Positions 22,864 through 36,000 of a stretch of DNA of 64,000 nucleotides are shown one piece after another. Below the pieces are notes generated by a model. That model ran no database searches and was not told the DNA's origin. It worked only from the letters and a program-made list of their open reading frames with translations. Location of the stretch: contig LSRY02000004.1 in assembly GCA_001643675.2 (NCBI GenBank), positions 1,860,001-1,924,000 of the forward strand. Direction: 5' to 3'. How positions within the stretch are numbered: position 1 is the stretch's first letter; the number at the start of each line of letters is the position of its first letter. The translations under genes were made by a program, and so were the position numbers. The DNA comes from Monocercomonoides exilis PA203 (lineage: Eukaryota; Protista; Preaxostyla).

Positions 22864-23868
22864 GACATTTATTTAGGTATTTTTGTTTACTAATTTTCGA
22901 AATAGTTTGTTCAAAAAAGATTGTTTACGGTTAAAATTCAATTTTTTTCCCTCAATTTTTGAGGTTTGTTTAAATGATAAAAAATTCTTTGTTGTATCCT
23001 GGTGCTTCAACAAAAACAATTAATTATTTGAGTTTGAAAAGTGATAATTCCTTGATGTTACTGTTTTTTATTCTTTATTTAAATTTTTCAAATCTTTTCA
23101 TTTATCTTTTTTCAAAAAAAATAATTACACAATGTTCAGCATTGTTTTAAGCTGCTTTATTTTTTGCTGCATATTTTGCATTCATATTGGACCAGACGTT
23201 CGTGGAACATATTTTTTTTGACATCAACGGATAAAGATTAAATCTCATCATAGCAAAGAAATGATCATTGGACTTGTGCTTCTGGTGAATTGTAGAAGTT
23301 CAACTGCTGTTTTGTAAGAGTGAATGTGAGAATAAAGAATGAAAGGGATTAGTTGAGAAAAATTATGAATATCAGTTTAAACAAAGAAGAAGAATGAATG
23401 AATGAATGAATGGACTCGCATTCCATTTTCAATCATTAATAATTTGACAAGAGCTCAATGTTTATATTTCATTCAAATTTTATATTTTTGAAATGTTAAC
23501 TATTTTCTCTCGATTAAAAAGAAATACAAATGATGCATTTAATTGCAATCAATTCAATCACAGTTAATTCACGCAATAGACAAAAAGTTGATGGAAAAAA
23601 ATCAAAAATTAAATGTGAAAAAAGGAATAACAAACAAAATAAAGCATTAATTAAATGTTCAAAATTAATCGTTTAAAAAAACTTAACATTCTCTACAAAA
23701 CTCATTTATAAATTGATAAACAAAAAAATGAATTTAAAAAATGAATAACAGCCAACAACTCGTTTGCAAATAAAGCCAATAAAATCAAGTTTTGTTATAA
23801 TACAAAAAAGAAAAATAGATTCAACAGCAGCAATCAATAGAAAAACAATCAAGTTACAAAAGATAGCT

Positions 23869-25053
23869 TTAAGACAATGAATACTCTTCTTCCTTTTCAG
23901 TAATCAAGCTGGCATTTGCTGAATTCTGATTAAATGAGGAATTATCGCTCTTCGGTAAAAGAAGTTCCCTGTCTGCTTCCACTTCTTTTCCATTCCCAGA
24001 ACATCCTGAAATGGCCATTGCTTGGATGCCTTCAAGGCGCCTCAGCTCTTCTTCCTCTTTTCCGCTTAATACAATTTCCTTGCTGTTTTTCTCTTTTTCT
24101 TCCATTTCGTCAATTTTCCACTCGATTTTCAGCTCGCTTTTGCACAAAAGCCATCTCCACATAATCTGGCGCTTCCAGTTTTCTACCCTTTTTTCAACGC
24201 ATGGTCTCATCACTTTTTTCAATTCCCCATCAAAAGCTTGATTCGAAAGATATCTCACCAATCCAATTGAGTCAAAATAGCTATTGAAAACGCAACTCAA
24301 TACGCAAATTGAAGAAAAAAGGCACATGCAAATTAAACCCACAATGCTAAAAAGTGTTACCAATTCATTGCTCATTTTTGAAGCAAATATAAAAGTCATT
24401 GCAATCAAGTAAAGCCCTATGAGAAACAGAATGATGGCTATAAAGTTCACGCAGCCAGCGCTGAGATGATATTTCATATGACATTTAGCTTTGTTGAATT
24501 CTCTTTGTGAAATGCGCTTGAATTCTGTAATTACTGCTTTCTGGTCTTCTTCGAGAGATCTGTCGTGCAGGTACATATCCGTGCGAATTGCTTTTTTCGC
24601 TAAGTTCAACTGTGTTTGCGTTGATTTATTCCACTTCTCATTTGATCGAAGGCATGTCAAATATCTCTCATAACCAAACATAAGGCTTGTGTAAAGATTT
24701 CTTGAAGGGACTCCATTTTTATCCAGAATCGGTGCGACATAGCTTGCTTCCCAAATATGACCAATAACAACTTTCGGAGCATCTTTCGTTTCGATGAAAG
24801 GCAGTTGCTTTTTTTGCAGATAGCACTCTGATGCTCCAGAACATTCATTCACAGCATTCCAAAACAAAGCGTTTTGACCAACAGGAAGGGATCGTGCAAA
24901 TTCTTCCAATGAATTAGACGAAGGAAAAGAACTTTCAGTGTTCTCGAAAATCTCCATCAATTTTTGTTTCTGCAGCTCCGGTAAAGTTTCAGAAAATTTC
25001 AAAATTGGCTGAAATCTCTGGCTTTCAGCCGGAAAAAGCGTATAATTATCCAT
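23869..25053 (-). CDS. Hypothetical membrane protein with two adjacent transmembrane helices
   Basis: Open frame of about 394 aa from ATG 25053. Hydrophobic segments FIAIILFLIGLYLIAMTFIFA and LVTLFSIVGLICMCLFSSICVLSCVF. Confidence 0.7.
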   Translation of the reverse strand: MDNYTLFPAESQRFQPILKFSETLPELQKQKLMEIFENTESSFPSSNSLEEFARSLPVGQNALFWNAVNECSGASECYLQKKQLPFIETKDAPKVVIGHIWEASYVAPILDKNGVPSRNLYTSLMFGYERYLTCLRSNEKWNKSTQTQLNLAKKAIRTDMYLHDRSLEEDQKAVITEFKRISQREFNKAKCHMKYHLSAGCVNFIAIILFLIGLYLIAMTFIFASKMSNELVTLFSIVGLICMCLFSSICVLSCVFNSYFDSIGLVRYLSNQAFDGELKKVMRPCVEKRVENWKRQIMWRWLLCKSELKIEWKIDEMEEKEKNSKEIVLSGKEEEELRRLEGIQAMAISGCSGNGKEVEADRELLLPKSDNSSFNQNSANASLITEKEEEYSLS

Positions 25054-25489
25054 AGAAATGTAATTTTGGAATAACAAATACCATTAATTAATTTTTTCCT
25101 TATATTTGAATCATAAATGGGACAGAATTCAAGAATTTATGAAAATTTTAATGATTTGTTCCAATTTTTTTCTGCAATCGTATGATTATAATTCTAACAT
25201 TTCCGTGCAATGTTAAATACTGAAAAATGAAAAAGTTGAGAAAAATCATAGAAGGAACTGTGTGAAACAAAATTCATAAAGCAAAAAATATCATCCCACT
25301 TCTGCCCACTCTCCAATATTTTAACAACACTTTCATTCAATCTGATATTTTTCAAGTTTCAGAATCTTTGTCCGTTCGAGCTAAATAAAAATTATTCGAT
25401 CACGTGGAGTGGATATCTTCACCTCAAAAACTGTGCCTTTGAGAATCGATCATCAACAGATACAGTTCAATACTCATTGATAACCAAAA

Positions 25490-27720
25490 TCACTGGAACT
25501 TGCACATTGAAAGGACGCAATTTGGAGGAATGCTAAGTTGTCTAATTATTGTGCAATTGGATTTTTCTGTTTTTCTGGAAAACATCAGCTTTACAAACTT
25601 TATGAAAACTGGAAGAGGTGAAGAAGAAGGTGTTGCAAAAGTGATATTTCTATTGAATGAAGAATTTGTGATGAAATCAACAAATGCATCATCCGGTTCA
25701 CTTTCTTCGAACAATGGAAAAGGAAGATTCTTGTATTTGGATTGTCAGAATTGTTTGAGTGAAAAACCTTCTCGTTTGGAAAACGTATCATTTGCAAACA
25801 ATAAAGCTCTTATTTGAAAGAATGTGTTTATTTTGGGAAAGGATTTCAATAGCACTGTGACAAATGAATTATTTCTATTGAATTACTCTCCCATGATAAA
25901 TGATAACAATTCGACTATAGGGAGTGATAACAATTACAGAGAAAATAATATGTTCATGTTTCTGATTCCATACAGCTCAATTAATGAATTTATCTTTTCG
26001 AATGTATTTGATGTTACGAGTTGTGGAAGCGAGGAAGAGCCATGCTTCTGATGAATAAGATTGCATTGAAGTTGCCGGAAAAGTCAGAGAAGGAGAAGAA
26101 TGCTACGATGAGCGTTGGTGTTGTGATAGCTGTTAACGGTGAATTTGATGGGGAAGTTAGCGAGGAAAGAATATTATCAATTCAGGATAATATGCGGAGT
26201 TGGAGGATAAAACGTGGATTAATACAGATAGAGAGTCATAACAGGAAGATGGAATATGGTTTATGGGTGCAATTGTGAGCGTGGAAAGCTGAAGAGTGAT
26301 GTTGTTGTTCGTAAGAATTGAGGATGTGAAAGTTTATGAAACAGAGGTCATTGATGTGGAGAATATCTTGAATTTTGATATGAGAAAGAAATAAATGAAA
26401 GAGATAAGATGGATGTTGGTTGAGGAGTTGTTGTGAACATCACCTTTGAAGGGATTGAGGCCGGGAAGTGGATGGAAAGGAGAAGGGATGAAATCAAGCG
26501 TTTTTTGGGAGAGGAACTTAGATTGTCTTATAACAAAGGGATGCTTATTCGAAGGAAACAGGATTGAAGATAAAGAAAATGAGTATTCAGTCTGAAAGAA
26601 ATTGAAAGTCACAGCAATTCGGAAAAAGTTTGTGATGGAGTTTGTGGAGGAAGATTTGGTGAAAAAAGAGGAGCTTGATTTGTGTGCGACATTGTAAGAT
26701 TTGTGATGAAGGGTCGTATTTTTGTTGTTTTTTGTGAAGTTCAGCTGAAATGATTTGTGTGGATCGAAGTTAAAAAGCTCGATTAGTAAGCAGAGGGTGG
26801 AATAGCGAGTGTTTGAGTGAAAAGGAAAAGGAGTTATGTTTTTTGAAGATGTTTCCAAATGAGTAAAACATGGAATTGGAAAAAGAATCTCGATCGGTGA
26901 ATGTCTGAAATTCAGGATTTGAGTTGAAAGAGACAAGTGTTGTTTGATGTTGGTAATTATTATTGATATCATATTTTTTCATTCAAAAATTTCGGTTTGA
27001 AAATTTCACTTGAATATTAACAAAAAAACACAGAAAAAGTTGAATACTAATAAAAAATATCTTCATTTTTGTTTGAGATTTAACATTTGTTTTTGTAATG
27101 GCTTTGACGAAATAAATCATAAAAATACATTACCTCAATTCTATGACAAACAATATTCGAAAAATCAACAGATCGAAAAAATATTAAATTTCAAAAATAA
27201 CAAACCATGTGCATGAATGCACATCCACAAAACAAGATTGTAAATATGTTGAATTGCTCTGTTCTGAAGGCGTTATAAGAGAAAGTGTAATTTTGTTGTT
27301 TTTCATTCGTTGATGAAGAGAGCTTGAAAGAGATTTGTGTTTTGAGTGATGAATATTGAGCATGAGAGAGAAATGTGGTTTGAACTGAGTAAAGAGGAGA
27401 ATAATGTGTTGAGACATGCAGCTGCAAGAGGATGTGGTTGTTGTGTGGATGATAAAAGAGAGTGTTCGAGCTAATGTGCTAAAGTCAGAGAGATAAAGAT
27501 AATTTCTTGAGATGAACATTATTGAACGATGTTAAAAGGAGAACTGATTTGAGGTCATATTTGTGAAAAGAATAGTGGATGGAAGTTGTGAAATTACAAT
27601 CTGGGTTGTTTGAGGATGGGTGTGGAGAAAAAGAGTGATGTGGATTCTTGTGAAAAGGAAGTGGGAAAGAAAAAGGAAGAGTGAAGTTTGTGAAGTGTTA
27701 AGATGAGGCAAAACTTAATA
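25490..27720 (+). pseudogene. Heavily decayed member of the large surface-protein (beta-helix/Pmp-like repeat) family
   Basis: Fragments GKGRFLYLDC..VSFANNKA, NVFILGKDF..ELFLLNYS..IGSD and CGSEEEPCF match repeat units of the 30-38 kb gene. Many stops; both ends approximate. Confidence 0.55.
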
Positions 27721-28269
27721 CAGTTAATGATGAGATGATGGTAATTTTTTGGAAGAATTAGATTCACAATTTGTTTTCTGAAACAACAGCATTTTAATGT
27801 CGAAAATGATGAAAATGTGGTTTTGTGATAAAAAAAATTTGATTGTTATTTCAATATTAAAATCCAAAAAGAATCAATATATAATAATTCAAATAATTCC
27901 ATTTCAACACATGAGAATTACTTTTTCACATATTTCGATTATGTTAGTGTAAAGAAAAGGAATTTCTTTTTTATCTAACATTGTTGTGTTGTGTCTTTAT
28001 CAAAATATAATGTGAAAAAAAAATGAAGTGATGAATTTGTCTACACACATTAATAGGAGATTGCACGGTTCCTATATCTTTTGATATGATGAAGTTTCTC
28101 AGTATTGGCTTATTTTCAATTGCATGTTTCTTTTCTATTTCTTTTTTCTTTATCTCCTCAATTTTTGTTTCCTTTTTTTCGCAAAACTTTTATGTTTCAA
28201 GAATAGAAGTTTCAATCTGTTGATTCTCAATAATTTTTTTCAAATCTTCCATTGTTTGATCGATTTCTT

Positions 28270-29600
28270 TTATTTCTTTTTTTTTCGAATTGTTTTTATT
28301 TCTTGAACGGATTCTATAATTTTTTTTTCCATTTTTTTCTTTATCAACATAAAAAAATTTTTTTCATTCATCATTCGTTCACTTGAATTCATCAGATTTT
28401 TTTTCATCTTCTTTATCATCAATTTCGTTTCTTCGAAAATTTTCATATTCTTTAAATGCATTTAATTTTTTTTGATGAATTTAAATATTCAAAACTTTAT
28501 CAAGTTCATTTTCATCAACCATTTCTAATTTTCTTCTGTTTTTCATTTCCTCCTTTTTCAAATAATAAGATGATAATTTGAATTTTCTTTTTTTATTCAA
28601 AACACTTATCAAATTTGTAGCACTATCGTTGTAAGCACGAAGAAAGACATCCAAATTTTTATTATCAATCTTTGATAATTCTTTCAAGAATGCGGTTGGA
28701 GAAAGTCGATTGTTGTATCGGTATTGAAACTCGTAAACATATTCCTTTGTTTTCAAATATGTTCTTCCTCTTTTCGGAATGTGGCTTTTCAGATGGGACC
28801 ATATACTTTCAATAGTTTGTGTGTAAACATTTGGATTTTCAGGTTTGACAAAATTAAGAGTATGATTTACGCTGTCTATTGTGAATCCATTTTCACTTAT
28901 GCAATTGAACGCTGACCACTTATCGGACATTATAGTTGATCATCTTTTGACGTTTTTTTAACGAAGAAGAAAATTGAATCCGCTTTTATATCTGTGAGAA
29001 ATTCATCAATCAGTCTTTGAGGCTTTCCTTTTTCCTTTCTTTCAATAACACCCCACAACCACTGTTGTTCTATGCATATCCCTACTCCATTTTTTTTTTA
29101 ATCATTAAAATTTCATCAATTTCAACAATACGATTATTACCAACTTTTTCCATTTTGCTCGTTTCAAAAAAGCAACATATTCTTTTCATCTTTTCATTAG
29201 ATTTCACAACTGTTTTGTTTGTGATATTCATGTCATCAATCACTTCCTATATTGAGTGCTTGTACCAAAAATGATATTATAGAGATGCAATTTTTAAAGG
29301 CGATAAGTGAAATTCCATGAATATCGAATTATCACTCCAACTGAAAATTCTTTTGCATTTAGAACATCCGAATGTATAGTAATCGCTTTCTTTTATGTGA
29401 AGTTTCAGCTCCTTCATTTTGTCGTATTTCCAACATTTCCATTTTTTTCTGATCAATTTCTATTCAGAAAGCTATTCAACTGCTTACTGATTTTTGATGT
29501 TCGATTGAATAATAAACTCGCTGAAAGTTAATTCTTTATCCAATAATTCGTTCTCTCTCTTGTTTTTTATTGAATAGTTCTGCAAATGATCATAAATTCT
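28270..29600 (-). mobile_element. Degenerate Merlin / IS1595(ISXO2)-like DDE transposase relic
   Basis: KVGNNRIVEIDE near 29120-29150, then SDKWSAF..SVNHTLNFVKPENPNVYTQTIESIWSHLK..EFQYRYN (28481-28930). Broken by frameshifts and stops; ends approximate. Confidence 0.8.
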
Positions 29601-30079
29601 AATATTTTTGTTATTTACAATGGAAAATTTTCAAAAAAAAAAAGTGCGTCTGGAAAGTGTAATTTTTTTTATATTTGATAAAATGAAAAATTATTGAAAA
29701 TAATTTGGATTATTTTTCACATGATTTTGATGAGAAAAAACAAAGTAAATTTTCAAAAGAGCACACAATCACGACATTGTTTTCACTTATAAAAACTCTG
29801 AGCGCAAAATTACAAAAGGTTCATCCTGTGTGATAATTTTATTCATTTATTAAAAAGTTTGAATTCGTTTTCCAGTTAGTTAAATTTCAAATGTTTGTTC
29901 ACACCTGCATACTCAATTTTTTTCGAACATTTTAACACATGTTTGAATCAAATTTTCTTTTGTTTCATTTTATCATTCTGGTCTTTTTCCACAAGCATGG
30001 AAAGGAAAGAACATTTTCTTCTATCCCTTTTTCAATCAGCGCTCCGCACATGTGAAAATGTTCGAGTCATGCATTCTCG

Positions 30080-33000
30080 CTAAAAGACTTTGTCTCAACT
30101 ATTGTTGTATGAATCATTATCAGAAGAATTGTTTCCGATGGAATGCGCTTGAATAATACCTGATTCACATTCATCATCATGTCCCTTTCTTCCACATTCG
30201 ATGTGTGCTCTCCACAACTTTCTCAAATCTTCACCCACACCATCTCCTCATATTATCATGCTTTCAGTAATCACTACCACTTCATTCTCCCCAAATGGGA
30301 TCTCCAGAGTCAGGCACTCCCACAGCATCATCCCAATCGAAAACGCAACTGACTGCTTTGTCACACACATGTTCCTGTTCATCAGTAGCTCCGGCGCCTT
30401 CCACCGCTTGCACTCATCCCTGTTGTCTGCCTCATCCTCAAAGGCTGACGAGGGTGGTGGCGAGTCTGTGAACCTCTCGCTCATCACTGAAACATTCGAT
30501 GAGGAAGACGAAACAATGGTCAGCGAAGAGATCGATGATGAATCTGAATCGTCAGAAGAAGAGCATTCAGAGCGAAGTGCAATGGCAATGTCCATGTGCT
30601 CCGAGAACAGCACAATGTGCGGACTCAGATTCTCCAGAGAGGAGAGAGGATTGCTCATCTCATCGAACGAGTGCAGAGCAAGATTCGCTACCCAGAACAG
30701 CACCTGTGCTCCTGTCACCTCCCGCTCCTCCACACTCCCAATCGCCATCTCCTTCGTCTTGTTCCTCCCATGCATCAGCATGAAGAACGAATCTCGAAAA
30801 TCAAGAATCAGTTTCTCATGTGGAGATGAACAGGTCATAGCATCCACCAGATTCGACATTGAAGAGGTGGTTGGACACAGATCTTCTCCTCGAACAAATG
30901 TGGAATCTGAATCAGTGGTTGAAGTGGTTGAAGTGGATGAAATAGAAGGAGAAGATGTTCTCTTCCTTATCTCTTCCTCCTCTTTTTCTTCAACTTTTTC
31001 CAGCATCCATTCTGGGATTTTGTCTGAGTCTTTCCCCAATATGTATTCGGTGGAGCCACTCTCACTCAGCAAATGCTCTGATGATTCTGAATGTCCCAAG
31101 CTTTTCTCATACACGCTCTTCTTCATCCTCTCCTCATTCTTTTTCTCTGCCTCCCTCTCAGCTCTTCTCCACTGCTCCTCAGGCGACATCTCCATCGTCA
31201 CCATCTCAAATGCTTTTGGATCCTTTTTCACTGTGTCTTCCTCAATCACCTCCAATTCTTCTGTTCTTCTCTTTTGCTTCATCCATCGAACAGCAAATAT
31301 AATAAATTCAACCAAAGCTATCAGAAACAACACAGCAAATATCACAATCACAATCAACGCCTATGATGTTTTTTCTTCTTTTCCTCCTTCAACAAGTTTA
31401 TCATCTCCTTTTATCTTTGTTTCACTTGCATTCTTCAGAATAAATGTATCAATTGATGAAGGACCATCAGCATTAACAAACAGAGCATTCACTCTCGCTT
31501 CAACATCATTTCCACAATTGCAAATAATGTCTTTCTCCATGCTCCATTTTGCTTCTCTTTCTGTCTGGGATACGCTTTTACCAAAATCATGCTGTTCAAT
31601 TTCTTTGTCTTCTCCCATCTTCTTCACAACCATAAATGACAAGTCGCATGGAAGCAGCTCCAACCCTTTGAACACAATCTCCACTTCTTCTCCCACTTCT
31701 TTTGCTTCAACGCTCTCCAGAATTGGAATGAAGAATTAAGATGTTCATTCAGAAACAATCCCTTCAAAAGTGCATCCTTCATTCAGAATTCATAGTGATG
31801 CATTTGGAAAAACTCCATCTCCTCATTTCAAACTCGCGACATTTAACTTGTCTGAGTCTCCACACGGAATGTTCCGCCTTGTCGATCCATAATTCACAGT
31901 ACATGGATTGTTGTTCATGATCTCCACTTTCTCAATTTCAACACTCCCGCCTAACAACGAAAGTCACCCTTTTTTCGAGTTGCTGATTGTCGTGTATTTC
32001 ATCCTCACATTGATGGATTGAATATCCACAACTTATCAATTCCTTTTGCAGCTTCCTTCAGTCTCCCAAATCATTTTCCATTTTCTCTTGTATTATCTTC
32101 AATATCACCAAAGAAGCTGCAGGAATCAAAACCAACATCAGCACAATTATCCACAGACGCAATCGATCCTTTCTCCTTTTCGCTCAAACACTTTCCAAAT
32201 GAACAGTTCGAAAACACTTCATTCTTCGCCAAATTCTGCATTTTCATCGCACTTCCACCCCTTGAGAGAGTGACATTTTGCATATCCAATTCTTTCATCT
32301 CCACTCTTGCTCTGTCCCCAACTTCAATCACATTTCCCTCTGAATCCAAACAATCGATTTTGATTTCTGAAATAATTGCTTCAGACTCCCCTACGAATTA
32401 TATCATATGCACATTCAAATTCATTCTCGTGAACACACACTTGTCCATCTCCAGCTCTCCTCCTTCAACTCCCATTATTGTACTGTTGATGATCAAACCA
32501 AATGTGGATGACAAGCATTCGCACTCCCTCATCTCTGTTGTTCCGTTCTTCACTTTCATTATGTGGCTATAATTTGCGTTATGCAACTCCCCGAATTCAA
32601 ACACATTCAGCTCCACAACACGCTCATTCGCAAACACAATCACAGACCCCTTTTTTTCATATCTTTTGAATTGCTTCGTTGAAATGGACTGTCGCCTTCG
32701 ACTTCTTCACTGACTTCACATTCAAATCTCCAATCACACATTCTCCTCCAGTATCTCCTTCTCTCTCGGTCCAAATGACATTTCCCATTCCTCTTTGGAT
32801 GTGATTCACACATCAGCTGACACTTTTGCACGGATTCATCTGCTCTCCACACCGTCTAATATCCCTTCCATTAGATTTCACAAACACATGCTGCCCATAA
32901 TAGAACGTGATCAGCGGGATCAGATCAAAATCTGTTTTCTCTTCATCGCTTCCACAAATCGAGTTGTTCGACTTCAATGACTCCTGGCTGAAGTCCAATG

Positions 33001-36000
33001 AAAACAATTTTTCATTGATCTGCTTTTCAATCCGGCTGCATCGGATGAACACATCCTTCCCCATATACGCATCATTCATTGTGAATCTTGTTCTTTCAAT
33101 CTTTATTCCTAAAGGCTGTGCATCTCCTGTGTCTGCTCGTACTCCGTCCAAACCAGATGCATCTATCATCAGCCCTCCTCCTCTCCCCTTCGCTACTGAG
33201 CACGAACACATCCCAAACAAACAACCACTCACTCCCAACTCACTCACTCTGCTTTTCAAACTCACTTTCATCCCTCCTCCCTCTTCACTCCACTCGCTCA
33301 GACACTTCGTCATCACGCACCCTTCCACCAGGCATCTCATTTCACATTCAAATGAACAAGCACTCACTATTGTGGCTCTGTTGTCGCTGTTTGTGATGCT
33401 TGTGAATGATGAGCTGTTGATGCTCAGCAACTTCACTCCATCTCCATTCTCTTTGTCTCCCAGCATCGTTGCTCCTTTCAATAAGCTGGCTGATGAGAGA
33501 GCAGATTCACTGAGCGAAATCAGACTCCTTCTCGAAATGCTTGTGTTGGTGATCGACAGATTCATCACATCTGCCACTTTCTCATCTGAGGACAATTCCA
33601 CAAAACCTTGTGAAATATGGAATTCTTTCAGAGCACAATCTTTAGTAGCTGCATTCCATCCATCCACTTACACTAAGCAGAAATCCGTTTCTTTTGAAGA
33701 ATCCTCTCAAACAAATGAGCTGCTTTTCACAGAAAGGATACCATTCTTTGATGATGATTTGAGAAATGTCATATGGTGGACAAGCACATTCGGTAGAACA
33801 AATGAAACATTCACAAATGAAAGAAACACTTCTGAGACAACCATCACATCTCTATTTTCTCCATCTATTTCCTTCTCATCTTCAATCCTCACGTAGTTCC
33901 ATTTTCTTCTCCTTCAATCTTCACAATTGGTGTGTTTGATGATGAAGAAGAAAATGATATTGAACTTCGAATCAATCCTGAACCTGACACAATGATCTTT
34001 GATTCTTCTGTTTCAAGTGTTGCGAATCTCAATGAAACAAGATGATCAATCGATGAACATGGAGCAACTGAATACCCACAGCCACTGAAATCTTTTCCAC
34101 TTTCAAAAGAAGCAAACCCATTCCCACTCCAGTTACTTCGCAAATACACAATCAGTGGAATCACATATCCCTCCTCTCCTGTTGTCTTTCCCTCCCATCC
34201 GCTCAACTCATCCAATGAACCCAACTCCTCTGAACTCATCTCCAATTTGAAGCTATCCTCACTCACAATCTCACTCAGGTCCCATCCTGACATAAACACA
34301 TTCTTCCCTTTCCAGGCATTGCATTCATCAAAAATCATTCCTTCCAACACAAATGCTCCCATTTGGTCTGGCAGCTTCATAAACATCCCTCCTCCTTATC
34401 CTTTCGTTTCACTTTTATCCTCACTTGATGACACTTCACATCCTTCATACCTCACTTCCTTCATCTTCAAGCTCCATCCACGTCCAACAGTTATCATAAT
34501 CCCACCTCCTCTTCCATTTGAGTCTTCTTTATTCTGAACCTTGCAACCATAAAATGTGGTTGACCAATTTATCACAACCTTTTCATCATTTCCAATTGAA
34601 ATCTTTATTCCTCCACCACAACAATCTTTATTATCAACACCACATTCACCGAATGTGCAATTCGTGATTGTTATAACATCAACAACCGAAGTGAAAGAAA
34701 TCTTGCTTTCCTTTTTGGCACAACTCCTTTTCAAACAGCTTCCTCCTCCATTTCTCCTTGAAATTCCAGTGAGAATACAATTTGATAATTCAGCAATGCC
34801 GTCTCCAGTGCATTTTATAATTGGATTTGACAAAATGTTTATTGCACATTTATTCGAAAAGCCTGCCATGTGCAGAACTCCTCCCTCATTATGCAATACA
34901 CAGTATTCAATTTCATTCAACAAGTTACCAGTGGATGGTTCAACTGAACAATCACTGACACTAAAAACATTTGAAGAGGAAAAGATGAATGATGAGGCAA
35001 GAGAAAGAGATGACGGAAGAGAAAAGCACAAATCTTTCGGCAATGCTCCGGATGAAATGCAAATCAAACAATCTGCGTCAAACAGAGGAGAAGGCACAAC
35101 AACATCGACTGCAGTGTCTCCAAGAATGCCTGTCACATTCCAATAATGTCTTTCCATCACAATCTCTTCACAAAGCACAAATCCGTTTTTGATTCTGATT
35201 GTTCTTGTTTCATCCTCACACCACGCATCAACCACTTTTTTGATCGATGATCATGGATACTGCTCCATTCCACATCTGCTGAAGTCCAGGCTTTTCTCTC
35301 CTCCCACAAATCCAACATCCCATGCTTCCATCAAATATGGAAGAAGTGGCACGCTCTCCTCCCTGCACCCATCCTCAAATCCCAATAAGTCACTATCTGT
35401 CATGCCCTCATGCACAAGGCCAAATGTGGTGTGACTCACAACATCTCTCAGACGCTGTGCATTCACAAATATGTTGTTCCCTTTTTCGGCCTGGCAATCC
35501 TCAAAACAAGCACAATGGATGCAAAAAGCACAATTCACATCACACACATCGAAATTGATTGCTCCGCCATATCCTCCAACTCCATTTGTCTTTTCCATAC
35601 AGCAACAATTGCTGAATGTCACATTATCAACATTCTCATCACTTCTTTCGCTTGAGACATTCCCAATCTCCATCTATGAGCCTTCATTGAGCTGAATCCA
35701 CATCCCTCCTCCACACACATCTTCACGCTCACAATTTCTTATCATTCCTCCTGAAACATTAACATTCATCCCATTCACCAGATTCCCACTAATCACACTC
35801 CCATCTCTTCTCATCTGAGAAATGCCAAATGCATCAACATTGTTCATCTGGAAAGACAATGAGCTTTCACCTCTGATGTCGAATGCGGGATCTGATGAAA
35901 ACGATATTCCACTGATCTCAACAGAATCAAAACTGACAGACCCCTTTTGGACAATCATCAGTGATGCTGTTAAAACACAGCTTTCATCGTTTCTCAATGA

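Noticed and set aside
23130-23340. Short signal-peptide-like start MFSIVLSCFIFCC
   Set aside because: Stops within about 36 codons and no identifiable homology
30201-31739. 512-aa plus-strand ORF, and similar long antisense ORFs such as 32907-33896 and those over 1-22 kb
   Set aside because: Antisense shadows of real genes or pseudogenes with biased codon use; no motifs
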